64,000 bases of DNA from Isurus oxyrinchus. Lineage: Eukaryota. The notes beneath the pieces were generated by a model. That model searched no databases. It had not been told where the DNA came from and saw nothing but the letters and a program-made list of their open reading frames with translations. Positions 53,492 through 64,000 of this stretch are shown here, one piece after another (within the stretch, counting starts at the first letter, position 1; every line of letters starts with the position of its first letter). Location of the stretch: the NCBI GenBank assembly GCA_026770705.1, contig JANJGN010000039.1:8742001-8806000 (forward strand), read 5' to 3'. Both the position numbers and the translations under genes were made by a program.

Positions 53492-53563
53492 CTCCTCGTC
53501 GGGGGATTGAACCCCGGTCTCCCCCGTGATAGGTGTGGATACTCACCACTATACTAACGAGGA
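53492..53563 (-). tRNA. tRNA-Asp-like gene with ATC anticodon; probable pseudogene; present only in the right arm
   Basis: Reverse complement: TCCTCGTTAGTATAGTGGTGAGTATCCACACCTATCACGGGGGAGACCGGGGTTCAATCCCCCGACGAGGAG (72 nt). A and B boxes and acceptor stem intact; two A.G mismatches in the anticodon stem. Confidence 0.85.
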
Positions 53564-55594
53564 GAGGTGATGGGCTGTTTCCAAAGCAGCTACTGATATT
53601 CCAATTTGGAGTGAGAGTTTCATTTTGAAGCGATAGTTACACAGTTTGCCTGCACAATGCAAACGATTAACTTCCACCGGTTTAAACGGGATGTATCTTC
53701 TTTCTTGAAACTCGCCACATGGCGTCAGATCTTCCCGTTTCCCAGAGGCACAGATGATTCTTCCTCGCTGTTTCCCTCGTTTTGTCACTCGCACTGTCTC
53801 GCAAAGAATCCGCAAGTAATTCCAGTCGTCCATCTGCTTCAGACGCCCATCTGCTGCAGCCACACTCCCCGCTCCATTTCGGTATTCCACAGAAACTAAG
53901 TCAAAGTATCAGATACAAGACTTCACATGTAACCGGTAAATAAAGACGTGTCTTTATACATTTCCAATCAGCAACGTAAGTAAATTTGTCAGATACAATG
54001 TTTACAAATCTCCGGATGTCGCTCTCTGCATTGTAAGTCCTTCTCGGTCCCTCTACAGAGATAAAGGCTTAGAGCAGCTGCAGGATCCACGGACGCAAGC
54101 GGCGCAATGCAAAATGAAAAAAAATATTGAATTTCAATGGTCAGTTTTCAGCACAGAAATAAATCCGGAATTGCATGAACCCTGTCGTTGCAGACGCGTG
54201 GACCAGAAGAATGGGGTGATGTCAGCGGCGCAGCGGCTACATGTGAATAGCGTGCGTTTGATGCAGTGTATCCGAGACTATTGGATAGGATTTCCACAAG
54301 GTTGTTTTCGTTTCAGACTGAATGTTAACTGCCTAAAGAGGAGTGCAGAAATGTGGTGAGGAGAGCCTGCGTACGGCAAGTTATGCAAATATGTTCGAAC
54401 AAAGCTGAAAAATGATCGTTTTGAAGAAGTGCCCCACGGACTCGTAAAGTAAACTATTTCTTTCCTTCCACAGATGCTGTCAGGCCCGCTGATTATTTTC
54501 CAACTATTTGGGTTTCAATCAAAATTGACCGGTTTTCTCGACCAGTCATCATTTCTGACATCTGCGCTTCACACTTGGAACAGACCCTCTTAATTTGGAG
54601 GAACAAGCCATTCATAACTTGAGCTGCTGGCAAAGCTAAATCGAATAGTTTATTTCAGCATCAAGCACAGTGTATTCTGAAGAGGTTATAGAGCGGAGTT
54701 CAAAATCCAGGCGCATTTTGGTGGTCAAAACTTCAGTTGAAGAAGGGTCTGTTACCAGGCGGCAAAGATTTGATGCGTTGCTGACAGAACCAGGGGCTTT
54801 TTGCCGAAACCTTGTTTTTACACATGAGTACCTTGGCCTTTAGAGGAAACCGCATGCAAGGTTGCTGCTTTTTTCGCCTTGATTTTTTTATGTGCAGAAG
54901 GAAAGTGTGCACATACCATAAGTAATGTACAAATTCAGGAATGACGTGAACGAAGAGTGGAGCGCGATTAATTGAGTATCGCTTGAAATAAGATTTCATT
55001 TTGCCTATTTATTGCATTTAATGGACATTTGCGTGCCTTCAAATGCTATTTCTTTACTGAGTTTGCTACATGGGAGCTCATCGAAACGCATTGTGTACAT
55101 TTCGGTTGACACTCTGGCCATGACAAGCCTATTTCAGGCCTAAGCAGCATCTGGTACAGGCGCCGTACCTGCTTAGAAGCTGTAGTCCTCAGTTAGCCGT
55201 GGATTATCAATCGTGAGCGGGATGTGAAGTATGTCCGGATCAGTGATTATTGCAAAATCTTTCAAAACTTTTGCTGCCGCCATCTCTTAAAGTCTGTTTT
55301 TAAATTAAAGTGTCCTGGATAAACAGGGTGATGCGTTATTTTGGGTAAACGTTTCGACGCTCACAAGGTGGAAGAAGACAGAATGATGGCGGAAATGGCC
55401 GTTGATCACAGGTGATACTGAGAACCAGAACTGTCCAGAAATGTTGCTCATGGTCCATCTTTTCAAATCTGCCTTCTGTCCGAAAGGCTGTGCAGATGCC
55501 CTTTCGGTCGATCACCACGTGGAAATGTAAACCGGTTTGCGAATCAATAGGGTGAGCTGGCGTTGCACCTCGCACAACGCGAGGAAGGACTTGT

Positions 55595-55665
55595 CTCTCC
55601 GTCGCTGAACGGAACCCCGGTCTCCCGTGTGGAAGCTGGGATAGTCCCCAATACACTATGGAAAA
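55595..55665 (-). pseudogene. tRNA-Asp-derived pseudogene (mirror of 4402-4472)
   Basis: Reverse complement: ttttccatagtgtattggggactatcccagcttccacacgggagaccggggttccgttcagcgacggagag. Confidence 0.8.
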
Positions 55666-55761
55666 CAGGCCTGCCGCTGCATTCCACAGGAGTCAGAGAT
55701 TCCACTTTGCCGTTGGATTTCCATTTTCTCGCAACATTTACCCAGTTTGCCCGCACAGATC

Positions 55762-55945
55762 TGAATCTGAGACCAATAGATTAGGAAGTTCCAACAATGT
55801 ATTTGAATTTGAGAACAACAGTATGAAATGTTGCAACAATACATTCGAATCTGAGATCAATTGGTTTGTATGTTGCAAAACTTCATTTGAATCTGAGATC
55901 AACTGGATTGAATGTTACCACAATGCAGTCGATCTGGGAATAGAG
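55762..55945. repeat. 42-bp minisatellite (mirror of 4123-4306)
   Basis: gaatctgagatcaa-like motif repeats with period 42. Confidence 0.85.
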
Positions 55946-56794
55946 TTGAATGTTCAAACAAGGGACAGCGGATTATCTTACATATTTAACGTTATTTCTG
56001 CAGATGATTAGTCGATAACTAAGCCGAATGGATCCATTTCGGACTAGTTTTTAATTACATGTCTCAGTTATCGTGGCTATTCTTTGTGGCCCAATAAGAA
56101 ACTCTACTCAGTGAGTAATTGTATGGACGATGTTAGACGCTGTTACTCTTGTAGCCATTTAATCTGCCCTGTTTTGTATTTTTTTTCTGAAACTCTGCGT
56201 TCAGTTATTAACTCGACAACTCATTCTAAACTTACTGATGATCTCGTTAGCTCGCTATCCCACCATTGCTTTGGCGCACTTCCCGTTAATTCATTATATC
56301 CAGATGCTATGTCTTAAAAGCCATGATTCATTGCCTTACAGTACGTGATGCTGAAGTTTGGGAAGATGGCGAGCATATTCCTCATTTCTAAGCAGTAACG
56401 GTTCCTGAACCAGTGCCTGGCCAATATCTGATGCTGAATCAGACAGGTGAGAACCTCTGCCAGCTACGCGCCTCCATATCATCAGATTCACCCAGTGCTT
56501 TTCTCTCGATCCCCAACATTATATCAGAACATCTACTCCCGATCATCTGCTGCTCAAGGCCTCACCTGTCCTTTTGGGAAATCAAGGCTCAACGTTTCTA
56601 ATTATTTTCCTCATAACACCCAGTTACGAATCTGTATGGTCAAAACTCATCTTAAGATCTGTTGCCTATATCCGAAATCTCACGAAACCTCATTCCTCAA
56701 TCTCCCTTGTGCTCACTGACCTCTGTCGCTCTGGAAACAACTTAACAGTAATATAAACATTAAAATTATCAAATTCGACCATGCGGGCACGATT

Positions 56795-58330
56795 AAGAAC
56801 ATATGAACACGGAAAGTATGAGCAGACGTAGGCTATTTCGCCCATCCAGCCTTTTCCAACTTTCATTAAGTTCTTGGATAATCTTTTATATTCGATTTCC
56901 AAAATCCCAACCAACACCATAACCTTTGATTCAATTTCTTTGACCCCTATATTGACCCCTATCTTAACAATATTCAGTGATCGAACCTCCACCGCTTTCT
57001 AAGTCAGAGAGTTCCAAAGTTTAGTAAACCTCGAGGAGAAACAAACAACAAAATAACACAAACTGATCAACTCTGTCCTAAAAGGGCAAACCTTTTTTTT
57101 CTAAATAAATGTCTCCAAATGCAGGGCTCACCCAAAACATGAAATATGGTTTCCCAACGCCTTGTCATAAGCTTTCAGGTACGCATACACTTCAATTATT
57201 TCACCCTGCCCTCCTCTAAAATTCTGTGCAGTCAAGTCCCATCTTCCTAACCTTTCCTCACAAGACATCCCATTCATTCCAGGAGACAACCTACTGAGCC
57301 TTCTCTGAAGCGCCTTCATGCAAACACATCCTCCCATATCAGTGGAATTCAAAACGAGACATAATATTCCAGATTTCCGGTTTTCCATACCCCTGCCTTC
57401 CTGAAGAGTGAAGTTATTGTCGTGCTCCCAGTGGAATGAAACTTTTCCAGAAACTAGGAAATATGGGAATTTTAACAATAATACATTTACTACCTCATTA
57501 GTCACCTCTTTTATGATCCGAGGATGATGTTCCTGCGGACCCTTAGATGTGTCTGCCTGCAGCTCCAAAAGTGTGTTCACGACCTCTTTCCGAGTGATTG
57601 CAATTTCACTAAGTTTCGGTTTCCCTTTCCTCTCCTGCTTTATAGCTGTTATTGGAACACTTGTGTTACTTGTGTGCTGAATACAGAAATAAAATATGCC
57701 TGCATTTCATCCGTCATTTCCTTATTACCTAATATTGACTCCCTTTTTTAACTCAGAATGGGAGTATCACTCCCTTCACTTACTCTTTTCGGAAATGTCT
57801 GTTGAAAGTGTTTTTATCCGTTTTACATTTCTAACTCCCCTAATACTTTAATTTCTTATTTCTGATAACCAATTAGTCATTCCTTGATGTTCCTTTTTTT
57901 CTGGCCAATCATCTGACCAGGCAGCAAACTTTGCACGGTCTATTGCGTTTTCCATCAGCTGGATGCTTTCCCTAACTTTTTTAGTTATCCGTGGATGGTG
58001 GGTCCTCCCTTAAGATTCGTCCTGCACAGCAGGGATATACTTATTCTGAGTATTCAGAAATGCCTCAATAACTGTCAGCCAGTGCTTCCCCTTTGATCTA
58101 TCCACTAGCCTAATATCACCGTTCAATTCAGCTCGCTCAGCATTCAAACTTATTTGTCCATATTGAAGCTTAAGTACCAGTCTTAGACAGACTCTTCTCC
58201 ATTCGAATCTGGAGGTGAATTTCAATCATATTGTGTTCGCTGCTACCTAGGAGTGCCTTAACTCTGAAGCCATTAACTGAAACTTTGAAAATGCAAACAG
58301 AAAACAAATCTAATATAACCTGTTGTTTTC
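56795..58330 (-). mobile_element. Degraded CR1 ORF2/3' end (mirror of 1740-3275)
   Basis: ORF 57128..57580- mirrors 2494..2946+. Confidence 0.8.
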
Positions 58331-59582
58331 AATATGTGCTGCTAAGTAAACATATCACTGTCTCTCTCTATATATATATATGTGCGTGCTGAAACCCCTG
58401 TTATCTTCTGACAACTTTATTCCAGCACCATGGATCACCCATTCCTCATGGTTGTATTTGTCAGCGACACCCGACACAGCTTCCACTTAGTTACTGTCAT
58501 GTCATAAAAAACTACAAATAAAAAAAAAATTACATCGATATCTTGCAACATATGCAATTCTACAAGAGAAGCATAATTTTCCAAACGTGTGTGATCCATT
58601 AAGGCCTGGACTGAACATTCCAACGACGTGCTTATTGTTCCCAAAGAGTCATTCCCCAGTGTTCCACGGCAACAGGCTGTGGGTACCAAATGACATCCCC
58701 CTGCTCCTGTCTGACAGGGTCGAAAATGGAATGAATTGTGTTCCCCCCTTTCCCTGTGTAAGAGGATCGACAGAGGCTGAATGCCTTCCTCCTGCTCGTC
58801 TGTAACAAGCACAAGAAGGACTGAATAGACTTCTTCTTTTTCTGTGAAACTGGCTCGAGGCATTCTATACCTATTACATTTCAATTCAAAATACCCGACG
58901 TTCAGAATGACCTTGTCCTGTTCCTGTGTAAAAGGCTGAAAATTGCTGAATGGCTCTTAAAATCAATATAATGACTCGAGAGTAGAGACAAAATAATTAT
59001 TCATCTACCTTTGCTTATTATATAGACCTTTGGAGAAAGGTAAGCTGAGGGGGAGAACAAAAAGGTTGCAGAGAGATATCGAATGATGAATTTTGCTGTC
59101 CATATGATGTTAGATGAAGTGTCATGTGTCGAGGTGTGAAGTCATTGACTTCCCCCCTAGTACAATGAAAGCAGAGCATAATATATAAAATGTGTGAAAC
59201 GTGAAGGCTTGCGTGTAAAGAAATCAATTAAGAGGGCAGATGACACGTTGACATTATTTGTAAGTGGATTAGAGTACAGGAGTATATATATATTGTTTTT
59301 AATTAGGGAAAAATTAAGATTTGAATATAGCGCTTAGCGGCTGGAGTAGATCGCTTCTATCCTGCTCCACTCTTCATTAAGTTCATAACTGACCTGCCAG
59401 CTCTCTGTACTCCAACTTCCGACATGGTCCATAACCCATAACGTATTGCTCTACCAAAAATCTTTCTATCTCTACGTTGAATAAATTCCATGACATTTCC
59501 TTCATGGTTCACTACCAGAATGCCACATAATGACGAAAAGTAGGAAAAAATACGCACCTCATTTACATGCTATATATGTATT

Positions 59583-61320
59583 ATTATTTTACGGGATTTT
59601 GGCATCGCTGCGTATGCAGCCATTTACTGCCCGTCCTAATTACCCTTGAGAAGCTGCTGGGGAGCTACATTCTTGAGCCATGGCTCTGCATGTGGTGCAG
59701 ATAAAACCACAGTTCAGTTAGGGAGGTAGCTCCATGGTCTCACCCAGCGATAATGAGGGAAAGGTGAGAGTCACAAGCCAGGACAGTGAGTGACGGGGAG
59801 GAAAACTTGCAAGTGCTGGTGTTCCCATGTGCCTGCTGTTCTTGTCATTCTAGATGGCAGCTGTTCTGGATTTGGGATTTACTGTCTAAGATAGAGTGGT
59901 CTGCTACTGAGGAAAATATTGTAGCTGGTGTGCACTGCTGTCTCTCTTTGTCGGTATTGCGGGGTGCGCACGCTTATTGAAGGCTGCCAATCAAGCTTTG
60001 TGGTGGATGGTTTTGGGGTTCCTGAGTGCTGTTGGAGCAGCATTCCTCCGGCATGTCCTGAGTTGTGCATTGTAGATGGTGGCCAAGCATTGGGGGAGTC
60101 AGGTCGTGAGTTACTCGCCACAGATTTCCTAGCGTCTGGCCTGCTCTTGTAGCCACAATATTTGTATCATTAGGCCAGTACAGTTACTTGTCAACGGTTG
60201 TTCCTAGGATGATGATAGCGGGGGTTTCTGAAATCATTATATAAGTGAATGCCTGGGGACAATGTTTAGATTATTTCTTGAAGATAAACATTGCTTAGCC
60301 CTTATGTGGCGTGAACGTTACTTGACACTTCTCTCCCCAAGGCTGGACAATGTCCAGACATTCCTCTATTTGGCCATGGACGGCTCAGTATGTGAGAAGA
60401 TGCATATGTTCTGTCCATTGAGAAAACTTCATCAAGCATCGCCTCTTCTGAGCCTATTGTGGAAGAAAGGTGATAGATGAAGCAGCTGAAGGTGCTGAGG
60501 ACTAGGCACACTCCTGAGCTTCACCTGCAGTGACATGCTTGAACTGAGATGAATGACCTGCAACTAACAGTACAATATTGATTTGTGCCAGATATGACTC
60601 CATCCAACAGAGAGTGTTCCCTTTGATTCGCATTGTTTCCACTTATTTGAGGGGACCTTGATGCCACACCGGATGATATGCTGCCTTGATAGTAAGTGCA
60701 GTCACTGTCAGGTCACATCTGGAGTTCCCCTCTTATCCCCATGAATGGACCTTAGCTATGATGCTATTGGAAACAGGCTGAAACTTTTGGAATACAAACA
60801 GAGCCTCAATGAGCAGAGTACTGTTCATCAGATGCCGATTGATCAAACCTTCCATTACTTTCCCGATGTTGAAATGTGGGCTGATGTGACTGTTAATGAA
60901 CGGCTTGTGTTTGTGCTGCGTTTTTGTGTATCACGTCCCTAGGCAATTTTCCACATATTTGGGTAGATGCCAGTGTTGAATCTGTACTGGAGCAGCAAGG
61001 GTATAGAAGGGGGCACTATCGAGTTCACAAGCCTTCAGTACAATTGTCGGAATATTTTTGGTGCCCCTCGTGTTGCAGTATCCAGAGGATCAGCCGGTTC
61101 CTTATACCACGGAGAGTGAAGACACTTGGCTGACGTCTATCAGCTGTGATGTTGGGAACCTACTGAGGAGGCCAAGATGGGTCATCCACTCGGCACATCT
61201 AGAGGAAGATCTTTGCGAATGCTTCAGCTTTAAATTTTCCAATGATTTGCTGGGCCCTCGCAGCATTGGAGGTGTGGATATTTGTAGAGCCTGCTTATGC
61301 AGTGAGTTGTTTAATTGTCA
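59583..61320 (-). mobile_element. CR1/L2-group LINE fragment (SINE-partner tail at ~59590-59660)
   Basis: Mirror of 1-490, extended 5'. Reverse-strand RT-like motifs include cttactatcaaggcagcatat (L.IKAA) and taggcatt-type FADD-region remnants; heavily decayed. Confidence 0.7.
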
Positions 61321-62740
61321 GTCTAACACGATTCCCCTTTCATATACCCTTCCTAACAATGCACAATGTTACCATTCTTTCCTAAACACACAGTTCCCGC
61401 ATCCGTACTAATAGATTATGACATTTTCCATACCATTTATGTCGAACTGACATGGCTGCAGTTCTCCCTCGTCCCATTTATTGCATTCTTAATAGTGATG
61501 TAACGTCTGATACTTTGCAATCTGCTGGAGACATTCCAGAACCTAAAGAATTCTGAAGGATAACAACCAATACATCAGTACTTTCTTTCTTCTTCTACTT
61601 CTCGTCCTACGTCAGAACTCTTGGGATGTAGTCCAGCGACTTATTTAACATTCAATCCAGTTCACATTTCAAGTACTACGTTTTCAACTGAAACTATTTA
61701 TTTATTTTCGCTCCCCTGTCTTACAAGTCGCTTGGTTGATTAGCTTATCTTGGAAATATTCTGTATGTTTCTCCGTGACGACAGGTGAAAAGCTGCTGTT
61801 TCATTGCTATGCTGTTTCCGTATTCTCCACATTAAATATTCCCGTACCCACATGTAAAGTGCCCAGATTTGCTCTTTAAGTTCCTCGCCGGATAACATTC
61901 CATACCCTTCCCATTTCTAAATCAGTTACTTGGTCCTTATTCGTTGGGATTTAAATTTCACCTAAAACTCAGATTTACCACTTTTTTCCCATGTGCCACG
62001 ATAAATCATTCCACTTCATGTAATGCAATATTTAATTTCATTTGGTAACAACGCTTGAGTTTTCTTTCCCTGTGTGTACTTGAGCTTTCGTGAATTCGTG
62101 TCTGATGTAGACACTGCATTGTTTCCTTAAATACTCGCTATTGCCTGTCCACTGAGAAACATTTTCCTATCTTTTGCAAACAATCATAGCCAACTTGGCT
62201 CTCTGACATTCATAATTTCCTTTCTTCAGATTTAAGAACCGAGTTTTGGAATTCAGCATATCGCTGTCATACATATTGCGAAACTATATCACATTGTCAT
62301 TACTATTTCCCAAAGGCTCCTTGAAAGCATGGAAATCCATTGAGTCCTTTGCTTGGCATAGCACTAAATCCTGACTAGCTGGATCATTAGTTGGCTCTTG
62401 AACGTACTGGTTCTGAAACCAATCTCGTATATATTCAATTAATTCCTCTTCCAGGCTATTAGTGCTGATTTGGTTAAGCACAGTCTTTTTGCAAATCGAA
62501 GTTTCCTATTTTCCTGCTTTAAGCATGTTACATTCAGCTCCAAAGTCATGATTTATACTGTGCAACAAATTAGCACCGTTGTATGGTGGCCTATAAACAA
62601 CTCCCACCAATATCAGATCCCCCTGTCATTCCCAGCTCTTCACATCATCATTTGTTGAAAGATCCGCTATTACCATTAATATCTTCCGTTATTAAGAGTG
62701 CTACCCAGCCTGCTTTTCATTTTCGCCAAACCCTTCGAAA
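61320..62740 (-). mobile_element. Degraded CR1 ORF2 5' part (endonuclease)
   Basis: ORF 62284..62481-: EELIEYIRDWFQNQYVQEPT...QDLVLC...KEPLGNSNDNVI. Confidence 0.8.
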
Positions 62741-62743
62741 TGC

Positions 62744-64000
62744 TAAAGCCACATGAAGCTGCATTTCGAATGATTGAATATTGTGGGTCACGCTGCTTGT
62801 GACGAATATGCTGTCGTGCCATTCAACCATTGCAAAGCGAAATTCGAAAGCTTCGACTTCATCATTGATCGAGGACTAAGGCTCAATTTTAACAGTTGGG
62901 TTGTCACATTCTTCAGTAACTGTAATCAATGCCTTCCTGATATCAGCTGTTTGGTAACAGATTGCATTTCCATTCTAGACTAGAGATTCCACCAACAGTC
63001 TGACAACGACTTGAACGTTATACAGGAAGCATCCGCTCTCAATATATGCCATCTGTTATTTCAAACCGAAATAATTCTGTAAATTTGCAGCACAACTCCA
63101 AAACAGTATCACTGTTTTAGAACTGCACTTTACCATATCCAGTACCAGATATAAGTTGTGGCAGCCTCGTGGAGTTCAAAACCCTCGACGGTTGGGATGA
63201 AGGGGGCACGATTGTACGTCTTGTTTTTTATCCTTAATGTTTACCCGACTGTTGTTCCCCTGCCTCTTACAGTCAGTGATCCAAAGGCCAAGCCCATCTG
63301 GCGCATCATGGAGAGAATCAGACAGGCCTTGCCAAGTTTTGTCTTGCATCAGCACAAAATGAGTTAAATCCTCCCTTCGATTCATATCTTCAGAAGTCAG
63401 ATCAAGCTAACAAAGCTCAAGGAATATCTGATCTTCCTTACTCAGTAGAGCGGTACAGACAAGAATAAGCGCAAGGTTTATTGACGCCTTCACCTTTACA
63501 ATAACTTTTATTTTCTTCACCTTCGAAGTCATCGTCCAAAATAGTTCATTTTGAATACAAAGTCCAAGAATATGGTCAGGAGTGTATTAGTTTTTGATGC
63601 ATGGGACATATCCATGAAACGTAGGGTCGTATTTAGCTCAAATGTCAATTAATCCCAGAAAGGAGACATTTTTGTGCGCATATAGTCTTGCATATGTTCA
63701 AATAAATTCTGAGTTATGATCAACTGGAGCTGAACGGCTGCTATAATGCCTGTCAACGTTGATTGTCATTTTCTTCACCTTGTTTATTTATCAATTTGCT
63801 TTCTCATCCAGTGCCTTCATTTCTGGAAACATTCACTTTGTTTCAATCCATTGTGTTGCGTTTTGAATATGCTCCTTAGACAGCTCGATAAAATTGCAAT
63901 CTGTCATTGAGATATTTCCGGGCACTGCAGCATTCCTTTCATAATTTCCGTGTGGTTTCTGAGCCGTACAATTTGCAGCACAATGAAAAAGACACATCAA
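62744..64000 (-). mobile_element. hAT-Tip100/ZMYM1-like transposase fossil
   Basis: Minus-strand conceptual translation, in order: ELSKEHIQNATQWIE...SFLGLIDI*AKYDP...HILGLCIQNEL...LILVCT (ILDCT), DCKRQGNNSRVNIK (D.RGQGYDNG.NMK), TPRGCHNLYLV (PCGCHSLNLV), RWHIL...TFKSLSD.W.ES, IRKAL...FEF..AMVEW.D...IQS.EMQLHVA. Confidence 0.88.

Larger units (their letters stand above)
47425..60072 (-). repeat. Right arm of large inverted segmental duplication
   Basis: Reverse complement of 1-13674. It lacks the equivalent of 9099-12694 and has an extra ~2.56 kb (52455-55014). Confidence 0.97.

Noticed and set aside
1-60072. Arms as terminal inverted repeats of a giant transposon, or as an assembly artefact
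   Set aside because: The arms are mosaics of old TEs and tRNA cassettes with several percent divergence and large reciprocal indels, and the spacer has no intact transposase or polymerase.
63250-63367. Plus-strand acceptor cccctgcctcttacag followed by an ORF
   Set aside because: It is the antisense strand of the hAT transposase fossil.

Overview
Repeat-rich vertebrate DNA, most likely a cartilaginous fish (inferred from shark-type CR1 and L2 LINEs and a SacSINE1/DeuSINE-like SINE). I recognise no intact known protein-coding gene, and most listed ORFs are satellite or TE artefacts. The main structure is a large inverted segmental duplication, 1-13674 versus 47425-60072, around a ~33.7 kb spacer; it may extend past the left edge. 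Each arm holds a decayed tandem array of ~0.9-2.5 kb cassettes carrying tRNA-Asp-derived pseudogenes, and the arms differ by two large reciprocal indels. The spacer holds: a candidate 3-exon minus-strand gene or pseudogene for a small secreted Cys-rich peptide (13937-16328), missed by the ORF track; 37-bp, 18-bp and 55/56-bp satellite families; two older direct duplications; and many CR1 fragments. The right end holds a hAT-Tip100-type transposase fossil with an internal micro-inversion. TE and satellite boundaries are approximate, identities are by-eye estimates, and family assignments come from remembered consensus motifs rather than database searches.
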